Shown here: positions 25,431 to 34,797 of the stretch, piece by piece | Position numbering within the stretch: the first letter of the stretch is position 1 | Layout of the letters: every line of letters begins with the position of its first letter | From: Methanobacteriota archaeon | Lineage (GTDB): Archaea > Hydrothermarchaeota > Hydrothermarchaeia > Hydrothermarchaeales > BMS3B | DNA: 42,314 nucleotides | Direction: 5' to 3' | Assembly: GCA_013152685.1 (NCBI GenBank) | Contig: JAADFX010000121.1 | Coordinates: 1 to 42,314, forward strand | Notes under the pieces: generated by a model | Told to the model about the DNA's origin: nothing | The model's database searches: none | Seen by the model: the letters and a program-made list of their open reading frames with translations, nothing else | Made by a program: the position numbers and the translations under genes

Positions 25431-27440
25431 ATGCGCTGCCTCCTCCTTCCACTGCTGGTTCTCCTCCTCCTGCCTGCCGCTGCGGCGCAGGTTGAGGCGA
25501 AGTTCAGCTACACCGATGTGGACTTCTACTTCAATGCACCCAGGGACGAGGTCAGCCACTTTGAGGTCAACCTCACCCTGAGGCTGTACAACTCCGACAA
25601 CGAGAGCGCCGCCATCGTTTCCGACCTGAAGGCGGAACTCAGGGGGGAGGCCGCCCAGCGGGGTGTCCAGGTGCTTCTGGAGAAGAGCTACGTGAGGGTG
25701 GAGCCGGAGAGCGTCTCCTACGTGAGGGTCACCTTCAGGGCACCCTCCTCCCTGGCGCAGGGGAGCTATGATGCGGAGCTCAGCGTCAGGGGCAACTACA
25801 CCTACGTAACCAAGGGCGGCGCCTACCTGCTGGTGCACCAGTTCTACATAACGGTGAATGTGGAGCATCCGCCGCCAACCCTGGAGGCCAGCTGGGACAT
25901 GGCCAGGTGGGGCCAGCTGAAGGCGGGGCAGAGCTTTGAGCGGAGGCTGACTGTGCGGGAGGTCTTCGGCTATGCGGATGCGGAGAATGTTACTGTGTAC
26001 CTCTCCAAGACGGGTCCGGTGGAGCTGAACTACTCGCCCCACCTCGGGGACATCCCCGCCGGCGGCTCCAGGCACATGAGCGTTGAGGTGATGGTGCCCT
26101 TGAGGAACCTGGAGCCCGGGGACTACCGGGTGACACCGCGGATTGTCAGTGACGCGGGGGTTGATGTTGCGGAAGCGGAGGGGGCGAACTACACAATTCC
26201 GGAGCCCAGCATGACCCTTTCCACCACCGTTGTGGACTTCGGCAAGCTCACCTTCGAGGCAGGGAGGGATTCCGCAACCCGGAGCGTGGTTGTCTCGGAG
26301 GCGGGGGGCTACACCCCCATAGAGGGCCTGGAGGTAAGGCTGGAAGAAGGTGAGGAGGGCTGGATATCCACCGCCGGTGTGGACTACATTCCCCCGGGGG
26401 GCAGCGTCTCCCTGAACCTCTCGCTGCTTCTCCCGCCGGATGCGAGCCTGGGGAAGAAGAGCTGGGTGTTCCTGCTCACCACCAGGTACGCGGGGAGTGC
26501 GCGGCTGACGGCGAGAGCCACTGTGTACTTCCCGGGGCTGGAGGAGGCGGAGCGGCGGCTCGCGGAGCTGAAGGACCCCAGATACGCCGGCGCCATCGAC
26601 AACCTGAAGAACCTGATAGCCGCGTCCAAGGAGGTCACGGAGCTCAGGGAGATTGCCATGGTAATGGCTGTTTACAGCGGCGTTGTGTCCTTTGTGGACA
26701 GCTTCTCCTCCCCAGAGAACAGGACGCTGGAGGAGAGGGTTGAGATGCTGCTCCTCACCAGGAGCAGCCTGAGCAGGGCGAAGGCGGGTGCGCTTTCCCT
26801 CCGGGACGAGAGCCTCAGGAGCTATGCAATTCCCGCCGTGGAGACTCTGGAGGAGGCCTGGAGGGGCGAGGCCCTTGCGGTTGCAGAGGCCATCCAGGAG
26901 CGCCTGAGGAGCGGCGCCGACTACCGGAGCGCCGCCCTGGACTACGGCAGGCTCAGGACCCTCTACGCCCTGCTGGGTGAGGAGGAGCGCTCCCGCGCCT
27001 ACGCCTCCCGCCAGGAGGAGATGGAGGCAGCCTACTACGGGGCGCTCAGTGAGGCGGCACGGCTCCTGAGGGAGTCGGAGGATGAGTTCTCGGCGGCGCG
27101 GGCGCTGACCCTGAACCTCAGGGAGGCCTCCTTTGTGCTCAGCCCCTTCCGCTATGAGCGCGTGGTCGCCCACTACAGGAACGCCATATCCCTGGCGGAG
27201 AGGGCGGCAGCGCTGCTCAGGAGCGCGGGTGAGGCGGAGGAGGCGGAGCTTGCGGAGAGGCGGGCGGCTGAGCTGAGCAGGACGCTGCGCGACCTGGAGA
27301 GGGCCTTCGCCCTCTACCTGGCGCTTCTCACGGCCTTCTTCCTGTGGTTTGTGGCGAGGGTGACCCTGGGCCTTATTCGCTGGGTCAGGGACTCTGAGGT
27401 CCTCTCGGAGGGGGATGTGGTGCTGGGCGGCGAGACCTGA
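25431..27440 (+). CDS. Secreted Ig-like (x3) + helical bitopic membrane protein
   Basis: ATG 25431, 1 nt after the previous stop, starts a signal peptide. Three beta-sandwich-like units (VREVFGY / VSEAGGY; IPAGGS / IPPGGS), a helical region, a TM and the tail RWVRDSEVLSEGDVVLG follow. Confidence 0.82.
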   Translation: MRCLLLPLLVLLLLPAAAAQVEAKFSYTDVDFYFNAPRDEVSHFEVNLTLRLYNSDNESAAIVSDLKAELRGEAAQRGVQVLLEKSYVRVEPESVSYVRVTFRAPSSLAQGSYDAELSVRGNYTYVTKGGAYLLVHQFYITVNVEHPPPTLEASWDMARWGQLKAGQSFERRLTVREVFGYADAENVTVYLSKTGPVELNYSPHLGDIPAGGSRHMSVEVMVPLRNLEPGDYRVTPRIVSDAGVDVAEAEGANYTIPEPSMTLSTTVVDFGKLTFEAGRDSATRSVVVSEAGGYTPIEGLEVRLEEGEEGWISTAGVDYIPPGGSVSLNLSLLLPPDASLGKKSWVFLLTTRYAGSARLTARATVYFPGLEEAERRLAELKDPRYAGAIDNLKNLIAASKEVTELREIAMVMAVYSGVVSFVDSFSSPENRTLEERVEMLLLTRSSLSRAKAGALSLRDESLRSYAIPAVETLEEAWRGEALAVAEAIQERLRSGADYRSAALDYGRLRTLYALLGEEERSRAYASRQEEMEAAYYGALSEAARLLRESEDEFSAARALTLNLREASFVLSPFRYERVVAHYRNAISLAERAAALLRSAGEAEEAELAERRAAELSRTLRDLERAFALYLALLTAFFLWFVARVTLGLIRWVRDSEVLSEGDVVLGGET

Positions 27441-27448
27441 GGCGGGGG

Positions 27449-29842
27449 CTAGAGGTGGCTCCCCCGCAGCCTCATCAGGACCTCCTCGCTCTTCAGCATG
27501 TGCTCCAGGCACAGCAGCAGGTAGCTGGCGAAGCCCAGGAGCGCCTCCTTTTGCTCTGGTGAGGCGCTCTCCGCCCTCTCCAGAAGCTTTTTTGACACCC
27601 GCCACAGGGATGCGGGCGGGTGGATGGAAAGCTCTCCGAGCAGCGAGGTGAGCCTTTCGTCCGCCTCCTGAAGCCGCCTCTCCACCTGCGCGCTGTCCAC
27701 CTCTCCGCCTGTGGAGAAGGGCGGGGGCTCACACCCCTCGGCGCTGCGCATTCTTGAGGAGGCGGAGACCGCCAGATTCTTCCAGTCCTGCATCGCCTCG
27801 ATGAGTAGCTCTACCGCATACCCGGCCGCCTCCACGGCGCCCATTCCCCGGAGCAGGGCCATCTCCTCCGCTCCCCTGAGAACCTCCTCCGCGGCTCTCC
27901 GGAAGAACACGGGCAGGCACGGGTCGTCTACAGAGATGCGCTCGCAGCTCTCGGCAACACTCCGCCTCAGCTCCCCGAGCGTGGCCCTCACCTCCGGCGG
28001 GAGCTCACCCGCAGGCCTGAGCTCCACTTGAACCTCCCCTTCTCCCGGCGGAACCTCCACCTCGCGGGGGGCGAAGCCCTCCTTCTCCACCCTCAGCAGA
28101 GACGGCGCCTCCCCCGCGGGGAGCTCTGCCCTGCCGGAGGCGTCCGTGGTGCTGCCCGCATCGCCCATCCTCACCGCTGCCCCGCTGATTGGCCCGCCGC
28201 CTGGCCCTGTAACCCTTACCCTGAGCCTTCTCTCGGCAGCCTCCACCCCGGCGCCTGCCTCCTGCCTCCTTCGCCTGAGGAGCAGGGCTCCGCCACCTAG
28301 CAGCAGAAGGGCAGCCAGCGCGTATATGAGCCGGGCATCAGCCGCGGGCGCTGAGGTGGAAGCCTTCCCGGTGGGTACCCTCAGAATTCTCCCACCGGAC
28401 AGCACAAGGGCAGCGCTTCCATCAGGCGCCAGGGATATGTCCACCACCCTCGCTAGTGGGCGGAGCGTCCACACCGGCTCGCCCTCCCGGGTCATCAGGT
28501 CCACCCTCCCGGGCGAGGCGAGGAGCAGGTACCCTCCCCCCGCGTCCATTACGGTGGCGTTGTGGTCGAGGGGCAGGGTGCGCACCACTCTGCCGCCGGA
28601 GAGCATCACCACCTCATCCCCCAGCAGCAGGTACAGGACATCTCCCCCTGCTTCGAGGTCCAGGATGCTTGTGTTGAGATTCACCCTCCAGAGTGGGGCG
28701 CCCTCGCCGGAGAGCATCACCACCCTGCCACCGGCAGCAGCGGCGATTCCCTCCCCCGAAACCTCCAGCAGCTCGGGGGTGAACTCGGGCACCTTCCTCC
28801 ACAGCAGTGCTCCGGCGGTGTTGTACAGGTGCAGCTCGCTCCCGGCGAAGAGGGCTATCCTTTCCCTGGAGGCGGCGAGCAGCACCACCTCCCCACCGGT
28901 TGAGGCGTTCCACTGCCTGGCTACCCCGGCGTAGTGGACGATTTTATCCCCCTCTGCGACCACAAACCCCCCATCGTAGGCGGATACCAGCGGTGCAGGG
29001 GAGGTGGCCACCCTGCCCAGCAGCTCTCCGGAGCTGCCCAAGAGGTAGAGCTCGCCCCTGCCCACCGCCACCATGCCCCCGGAGGTCGCCACCACCCGGG
29101 TGATGTTGCCCGGCGGTAGTATCCAGCTTCCCGGGGGTGCGGTGGAGGGCTTCACCAGGGTGATTACCCTGCTGGCTGAGGCGGTTCTGTTGCCAAGGCT
29201 TATGTTCACCACCAGCGGGTACCTGCCAGGTGGCAGTCCGGAGGTGTCCCAGCGGTAGGGCAGGGTGCTGCTCTTCAGGCTTCCGTTGATGTACACCGCC
29301 GGGCTGGCTCCCGGTGTGTGGAGGGCGTCCACCACCAGCACATCTCCCTCAGAGAGGACCTCCTCGAGGGGGGAGGTTATCTCCACATACAGGGCCGGGG
29401 AGGTGTTCAGCACCACCACCTCCCCGTGGGCATAGGCGGTGGCGCACCCGTCTTTAAATGTGAATCTCACCGTCAGGGCGTAGCTTCCGGGGCTGGGAGG
29501 GGCAAAGAAGCCGAAGGAGGAGGCCACCTCCTGCCCGGGAATCGCGCTGCCGGAGTACAGCCGTGCCAGCGGCTGCTCGCTCCAGTTTCCCAGGAGCTCC
29601 GCCTCCACCCGCGTGGCGGCGGCCTCTCCGAAGACCCAGCCTATCCTCCCCTCAATCCTCTGCAGCGGTGCCGCGGCGATGCTCCCCTGCTGCCCCCCAG
29701 CCTCAGGGTTCAGGTCGAAGACGGTTAGGCTCATGAGCTCCGTGCTGCTCCCCGGGCTGAGGTGGTACACATCCCCCCTGCATGAGGCGTGCAGCGGTGG
29801 AAGAAGGAGCAGCAGCATCACAAAGGCTGGTGCCATCCGCAT
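27449..29842 (-). CDS. Bitopic protein: extracellular Ig-like + PQQ-like beta-propeller; cytoplasmic carboxypeptidase-regulatory-like + helical domain
   Basis: Signal peptide; repeats ending G..LW / G..VW; TM followed by RRRR; GGPISGAAV...TTDASG...VEKEGF motif. Start is ATG 29842 or 29836. Confidence 0.78.
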   Translation of the reverse strand: MRMAPAFVMLLLLLPPLHASCRGDVYHLSPGSSTELMSLTVFDLNPEAGGQQGSIAAAPLQRIEGRIGWVFGEAAATRVEAELLGNWSEQPLARLYSGSAIPGQEVASSFGFFAPPSPGSYALTVRFTFKDGCATAYAHGEVVVLNTSPALYVEITSPLEEVLSEGDVLVVDALHTPGASPAVYINGSLKSSTLPYRWDTSGLPPGRYPLVVNISLGNRTASASRVITLVKPSTAPPGSWILPPGNITRVVATSGGMVAVGRGELYLLGSSGELLGRVATSPAPLVSAYDGGFVVAEGDKIVHYAGVARQWNASTGGEVVLLAASRERIALFAGSELHLYNTAGALLWRKVPEFTPELLEVSGEGIAAAAGGRVVMLSGEGAPLWRVNLNTSILDLEAGGDVLYLLLGDEVVMLSGGRVVRTLPLDHNATVMDAGGGYLLLASPGRVDLMTREGEPVWTLRPLARVVDISLAPDGSAALVLSGGRILRVPTGKASTSAPAADARLIYALAALLLLGGGALLLRRRRQEAGAGVEAAERRLRVRVTGPGGGPISGAAVRMGDAGSTTDASGRAELPAGEAPSLLRVEKEGFAPREVEVPPGEGEVQVELRPAGELPPEVRATLGELRRSVAESCERISVDDPCLPVFFRRAAEEVLRGAEEMALLRGMGAVEAAGYAVELLIEAMQDWKNLAVSASSRMRSAEGCEPPPFSTGGEVDSAQVERRLQEADERLTSLLGELSIHPPASLWRVSKKLLERAESASPEQKEALLGFASYLLLCLEHMLKSEEVLMRLRGSHL

Positions 29843-29874
29843 GGAGATAATTTGTTGCGGGTGCAATATGAAGC

Positions 29875-30651
29875 TTAGCACACCTCACCCTCGGCGAAGC
29901 CCTGCCGCAGGTGGGTTATCCTCACCCTCACCTCATCCCCCCTCCGGGCGCCTCTTACGAATACCCTTGTCCCCTTTATGCGGGCTATTCCGTCTCCCCT
30001 CCGACTCTCCCCGGCGATCTTCACCCGGTACACCTCACCCCTCCTGAGCCTGGAGAACCCCCTGCCTATCAGGTACACCTCGGCACTTTCACTGCGGCTC
30101 GCTCTGGGCTTGGTGAGCTTAACATAGCCGAAGCACCCCCTAACCCTCTCCACCAGGCTCTGCAGGAGCTCCCCCTGGAAGACCTTCAGAAGCAGATTGC
30201 CCCCCGGCACCAGGTGCTCCTCTGCAATCTCCAGTGCGAGTTCGCAGAGCTCAATACTCCTGGCGTGGTCTACGTCCCAGATGCCGCTTATGTCTGGAGA
30301 CGCGTCGCTTATCAGGGCATCGCACTCGGGTATGAGCTCCCTGAGCCTCTCCCTGACCTCGGTGCTCCTGAAGTCGCCCCTGAGCAGCACCACATTTTCG
30401 TATTCCAGGGGCTCCACCGCCTGGAGGTCAACCCCCACCACAAGCCCAGAGTCGCCCACAGCCTCCGCGGCAACCTGGGTCCACCCGCCTGGGGCGCACC
30501 CCAGCTCTATCACCCTGTAGCCGGGCCTGAGGATTCCAAAGCGGCGGTTGAGCTGGAGCAGCTTGTACGCCGCCCTGGAGCGGTAGTGCTCCTTCTTCGC
30601 CCTCCTGTAGTAGTAGTCCCTCTTTCTCTCCTTCAGCCAGCGCTTTCCCAT
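29875..30651 (-). CDS. rlmE: 23S rRNA 2'-O-methyltransferase RlmE/FtsJ with C-terminal TRAM domain
   Basis: YRSRAAYKL, LGCAPGGWTQ, ISDASP, KVFQG, KPRASRSESAEVY; TRAM GDGIARIKGTRVFV. ATG 30651 chosen as start. Confidence 0.95.
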   Translation of the reverse strand: MGKRWLKERKRDYYYRRAKKEHYRSRAAYKLLQLNRRFGILRPGYRVIELGCAPGGWTQVAAEAVGDSGLVVGVDLQAVEPLEYENVVLLRGDFRSTEVRERLRELIPECDALISDASPDISGIWDVDHARSIELCELALEIAEEHLVPGGNLLLKVFQGELLQSLVERVRGCFGYVKLTKPRASRSESAEVYLIGRGFSRLRRGEVYRVKIAGESRRGDGIARIKGTRVFVRGARRGDEVRVRITHLRQGFAEGEVC

Positions 30652-30691
30652 ATTCCCACGCACAACGTTAATCATCGCGGGTATTATTGAA

Positions 30692-31525
30692 ATGGAATGC
30701 CTCCTATACCTGGGCTGCATGGTGTACAACCGCTTCCCCGACTATGAGATTGCCGCCAGGGCGGTGCTCGCGAGGCTGGGGATAGAGGCCAGGGACTTCC
30801 ACGATTTCGCCTGCTGCTCCTCCACCTTCCTTCCCTCTGTCAGTGATGAGTGGCTCTACCTGGCGAGCTACAACCTGGCTCTGGCAGAGAGGAGGGGGAT
30901 GGACATAGTGTCCCTGTGCGGTACCTGCACGGGAATGCTCAGGAGGGCCCTGCGGGAGCTCCGGGACGGTGAGGTCAGGGACAGGGTGAACTCCAGGCTC
31001 GCGGAGGTGGGGCTGGAGGTTGCCGGCAGCGCTGGGGTTGCCCACCTGATTGAGGTGCTGATACAGCACAGGGAGAAGGTGGAGCGGGAGGTGAGCACCC
31101 CCCTTAAGCTCAGGGTAGCGCTGCAGCACCCCTGCAACGTCTTTCGTCCCGCAGAGCTTGCCGGGTTTGACGACCCCTGGCGGCCCAGAGCCATGCGCGA
31201 GCTTGCTGAACTCACAGGCGCGGAGGTGGTGGACTACCCCCTGGAGTACGAGTGCTGCGGCTCCACACTGCTCCTGACCTCGGAGGAGATGGGGATATCC
31301 TCGGGCGCGGACAAGCTCCTCTCGGCGCGGGAGGCGGGCGCTCAGGCGATGGTGGTCTCCTGCGGCAACTGCGCCTACCTCTTTGACAGGCACCTGCAGG
31401 AGATAAGGGCAAGGAGGGCGGAGGCGGAGCTGCCCACCCTCTTCCTGCCCCAGCTTCTGGGGCTATCCTTCGGCATCTCCGCCAGGGAGCTTGGCCTGGA
31501 CATAAGGGGGGTTGAGCTTGGGTGA
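30692..31525 (+). CDS. hdrB: Heterodisulfide reductase subunit B-like (CCG-domain) protein
   Basis: Two CCG-type Cys sets: YLGC...ACCS...CGTC and HPC...ECCG...CGNC; C-terminal LPQLLGLSFG. Confidence 0.85.
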   Translation: MECLLYLGCMVYNRFPDYEIAARAVLARLGIEARDFHDFACCSSTFLPSVSDEWLYLASYNLALAERRGMDIVSLCGTCTGMLRRALRELRDGEVRDRVNSRLAEVGLEVAGSAGVAHLIEVLIQHREKVEREVSTPLKLRVALQHPCNVFRPAELAGFDDPWRPRAMRELAELTGAEVVDYPLEYECCGSTLLLTSEEMGISSGADKLLSAREAGAQAMVVSCGNCAYLFDRHLQEIRARRAEAELPTLFLPQLLGLSFGISARELGLDIRGVELG

Positions 31526-31874
31526 GTGCACCCGCTGCGGCGCCTGCGTCAGGGTGTGCATCGCCGCCAGGAGGGGCACACCAACGGGTGCGAGTGTTCT
31601 GGAGAGGGAGGACCCCTTCACCTGCGCCGGCTGCTGGAAGTGCGTTGAGGCCTGCCCCGAGGGCGTTGACATCTACGCCCTGATGCTGGAGGCCCGCCGC
31701 CGGGGACGGCTGCCCGAAAGCTTCAGCTTCGCCCTGAGGAACATCCTGGACACCGGCTACTCCATGCCTGTGCGCGGCGTCAACGCCATAAGGGAGATGT
31801 ACGGCCTCCCGCCAATAAGGAGGGTCAAGCCCGAGGTCGTCAGGAAGCTCCTGCGGGACGTGAAGCCCGGGTAG
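31512..31874 (+). CDS. hdrC: HdrC-like 2x[4Fe-4S] protein
   Basis: CTRCGACVRVC and CAGCWKCVEACP; overlaps the hdrB stop; AGGGGG RBS. Confidence 0.8.
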   Translation: MSLGECTRCGACVRVCIAARRGTPTGASVLEREDPFTCAGCWKCVEACPEGVDIYALMLEARRRGRLPESFSFALRNILDTGYSMPVRGVNAIREMYGLPPIRRVKPEVVRKLLRDVKPG

Positions 31875-31875
31875 C

Positions 31876-32082
31876 TCAGGGCTCACCGGAGCCCCTCACC
31901 AGCTCCATTGCCTCCTCAACCAGCCTCCTGTGGCGCTCCTCAGACTTGATCAGCTCGCCTATGAACCTCTTCAGCTCCTCGTCCTCCAGCTCGTCAAACA
32001 GCTCCTGGTACACGTCCCTGGCGTTTTTCTCAATTTCGGCAAGGTTCTGAAGCACACCCAGTACAACTTCCCTAGAACTCAT
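31876..32082 (-). CDS. Small ferritin-like helical hairpin (half rubrerythrin domain)
   Basis: LAEIEKNARDVY...LIKSEERHRRLV, an E...ExxH pattern. ATG 32082 overlaps the upstream gene end. Confidence 0.75.
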   Translation of the reverse strand: MSSREVVLGVLQNLAEIEKNARDVYQELFDELEDEELKRFIGELIKSEERHRRLVEEAMELVRGSGEP

Positions 32083-32311
32083 CCTTTGCCTCCATTTTGA
32101 GTCTGTTGACAACTCCAACTATCGCCTTCTTGTGCCCCTCTGACTCTCTCCTTATAATCTCGGCGATTTCCAGGATCCTCTGCCTGTGCTCCTCCTCCAG
32201 GTCGCTCCTGTTGAGCAGCTTAATCAGGGAGCGGGTTATGAGCTTTACCCCCTCGTCCTCGAGCTCCGCAATATTCTCTAACCTTCTTATCAGCTTCTGC
32301 TTCGGAATCAT
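32072..32311 (-). CDS. Small ferritin-like helical hairpin
   Basis: IAELEDEG...IRRESEGHKKAI, an E...ExxH pattern; GGTGGGGGAG RBS. Confidence 0.72.
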   Translation of the reverse strand: MIPKQKLIRRLENIAELEDEGVKLITRSLIKLLNRSDLEEEHRQRILEIAEIIRRESEGHKKAIVGVVNRLKMEAKDEF

Positions 32312-32389
32312 CTTCTCCCCACCGGAATCTACAAGTAAGTATATAAAAGGTTGTTGAACCTTTATATACTTTGCTTTTCATAGCTTAAA

Positions 32390-33619
32390 ATGATGGTTGA
32401 CACAGAATTTATAAAAATGCTTCTTATCTCTGCTCTTGTGGGCGGTCTTCTCGGCGTGGAGAGGGAGCTGAAGGTTCAGGTTATCGCAGGCACGCGCACC
32501 TTCATGCTGGTCTCCATTACAGGCACCCTGAGCGTCTATCTTGCCGCGCAGCTGGGCGTTGAGCTGGTGGTGAGCATCGCGACCCTCGGGGTGGTGCTCC
32601 TGGTCCTGCTGCTGGGGGTAATCAAGAACTTCAGGACCTTTGATGTGGGAATAACCACGCCCGTCGCCTTCTTCCTGGCGTACCTCATAGGGGTACTGGT
32701 GGGCCTCGGGCTGTACATCGAGGCGGTTACCGCCAGCATCCTGGTCACCAGCATCCTGGTGTTCAAGAAGTACACCACCATCCTCTCAGAGGCGCTGGGA
32801 CACGAGGAGATGCGCTCCGCCATGGAGTTCGGGTTAATCGCCTTTGTGCTCTACCCCGTGGCGCCCGACTATGCGGTCGACCCCCTGGGAATTCTGAATC
32901 CCAGGCACCTCCTGCTGGCGGTGATAGTGGTCTCCACCACAGGCTTTGCCGGCTTTCTTGTGCTCAGGTTCCTGGGCTCGGAGCTCAGCTCCGCGGTGGC
33001 CGGAGCCATGGGCGGCCTGGTAAGCCTGCGCGCAACAGTGGGCACCTTCTCCCGGGAGGCCTCCAGGCGGGGAGAGATCGCACGGGACGCCCTGGGTGGA
33101 ATGCTCCTGTCCTGCTCCTCTGGCGTGCTGCGCAGCCTGCTCCTTGCCGGCCTGCTGAGCGTTGACCTTCTCAGGCAGCTGTGGCTTCCTGCAGGTGTGA
33201 TGGCTGCCGTCACCGCGGCGGCGGTGCTCCTGCCCGGCAGGAGCGGGACGAAGGGCGCGGTTGAGCTGCCCCTGCGCTCACCCTTTGCGATTCTGCCCAG
33301 TCTGCGCTTTGCCCTCCTTTTCTCTGCGGTCGCGGCCGTGGCGGGGTATCCCGGGACGCCCCAGTGGGGCGTCTATATCGCCTCCCTCATCGGCGGCGGC
33401 CTGGGGGCGGCTGCGACGGTGGGCGCCCTCGCCTCCCTGGTGGAGCTCGATCTGCTAGAGCCCTCGGCCGCCGCTCCTGCCGCCCTGCTCGCCCTTGTGG
33501 GCGGCGGCATGGCAGCCGCCCGCACTGCGCTTCTCGGGAACCGGAGGCTGGGGGTGCAGTACTCAGCTGGGGTGCTCCTGGGCGCCGCCGCCGGCTTCGC
33601 CGCCCTGCTGCTGGCGTAG
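32390..33619 (+). CDS. MgtC/SapB family membrane protein with DUF4010 domain
   Basis: GGLLGVERE...AGTRTF...GITT N-terminal MgtC motifs; about 12 TMs; GGLVS, PFAI. Confidence 0.88.
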   Translation: MMVDTEFIKMLLISALVGGLLGVERELKVQVIAGTRTFMLVSITGTLSVYLAAQLGVELVVSIATLGVVLLVLLLGVIKNFRTFDVGITTPVAFFLAYLIGVLVGLGLYIEAVTASILVTSILVFKKYTTILSEALGHEEMRSAMEFGLIAFVLYPVAPDYAVDPLGILNPRHLLLAVIVVSTTGFAGFLVLRFLGSELSSAVAGAMGGLVSLRATVGTFSREASRRGEIARDALGGMLLSCSSGVLRSLLLAGLLSVDLLRQLWLPAGVMAAVTAAAVLLPGRSGTKGAVELPLRSPFAILPSLRFALLFSAVAAVAGYPGTPQWGVYIASLIGGGLGAAATVGALASLVELDLLEPSAAAPAALLALVGGGMAAARTALLGNRRLGVQYSAGVLLGAAAGFAALLLA

Positions 33620-33659
33620 CAACCTTACCATTGTTAAGAATCGCCTCTTCATCGGAGAA

Positions 33660-34739
33660 ATGCGCGAAACTGGTGATGTTGAGGAGCAGGTGAGGCTGAA
33701 CTGCGAGATAAGCAACGCCAACTTCTGGGGGATATACTCCATCTGTGGCCTCCTGATGCGGCTTCGCAGCCTCTACAGGTTTGAGCACTCCATGAAGCCC
33801 TGGGAGAGGATAGACTCCGCAGGGCTGATGGAGTGGATAGGCGCCAAGGAGAGGCTCTGGCAGTCCCTCAGGGGAAGGGAGATTGAGCCGCTGCGCATTG
33901 GAGGCAGAGCCATAGACGCCTTCGACGTCGCAGAGGTGGAGAGGCACCTGCCCGCGAAGCTGTGCTACGGCGCAGGCTACGCCACGGCGATGAAGCCCAG
34001 CTTCTTCCTGGGCGAGCTGGCGGAGCGCCGCGTGGAGCAGGGATTTGCGGTTTACGTGGTGGAGCGCGAGCGCGTGCGCGACCTGCTTGCTGTGCCGGCG
34101 ATGCAGCAGGGGAGGAGGATATACCTGCGGATGCAGGTGTTCAGGGAGTACCTCTGGGATAAGGTGGAGGAGCTACGAATGGGAGGCGCAAGCCAGGCGC
34201 TGAGGGAGGCCTTTGCCCACTGCGGCGTGCCCGAGGAGCAGCTGCGCAGCGGCGGCGAGGAGCTTGCTCAGGCGGTGGAGCGCATAGCCAGGGAGGAGAG
34301 CTACACCCTCATCGCCCACGAGCTGGGCGAGGCGCTTGAGGACGAGTTCCCCGAGGAGCTGTGGCACGAGCTCGCCTCACGCTCACCCTTCCTGGAGCGC
34401 CTGGTGCGCGGGCTCAGGGACATCCTCGCAGACACCCACGAGAGGGGCATGCTCTCTGCAATTGTCGCACGGCAGCGAATCGCCTCCCTCGCCTTCTACG
34501 TGGCGTCCCTGAGCGGTTTCAGGAGGGAGCTCTTCCCGGAGGTCAGGGAGGCCTATGAGGAGGCGAAGAGGGGCAGGTGGGGCGCCGTCGAGGAGGCTGC
34601 CCGCAGGGCGAGGGAGAGGGTGCTTGGGAGCATACGCACCCTCCAGGAGATAACCAGCAGTGCCGGAGACAGGGACGAGCTCTGGCTGAGGAGGAGGGTT
34701 CAGAAGGAGCTGCTCCAGCCCCTGGGGATAAATTTATAA
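33660..34739 (+). CDS. Sfum_1244-like conserved protein of unknown function
   Basis: NCEISNA...YSICGLLMRLRSLY, WI..KE.LW, YGAG...KPSFFLGEL, HELGE and RGLRDILAD recalled as family motifs. ATG 33660 chosen as start. Confidence 0.72.
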   Translation: MRETGDVEEQVRLNCEISNANFWGIYSICGLLMRLRSLYRFEHSMKPWERIDSAGLMEWIGAKERLWQSLRGREIEPLRIGGRAIDAFDVAEVERHLPAKLCYGAGYATAMKPSFFLGELAERRVEQGFAVYVVERERVRDLLAVPAMQQGRRIYLRMQVFREYLWDKVEELRMGGASQALREAFAHCGVPEEQLRSGGEELAQAVERIAREESYTLIAHELGEALEDEFPEELWHELASRSPFLERLVRGLRDILADTHERGMLSAIVARQRIASLAFYVASLSGFRRELFPEVREAYEEAKRGRWGAVEEAARRARERVLGSIRTLQEITSSAGDRDELWLRRRVQKELLQPLGINL

Positions 34740-34797
34740 ACCCCTTCGCCCAAAAATATGATGCCCAAAAAAACCGAAAGGACGGGATAGATAAGGA

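Noticed and set aside
25335..27605. 756-aa minus-strand ORF
   Set aside because: Antisense shadow of the signal-peptide-bearing gene 25431..27440; no motifs; expected in high-GC DNA.
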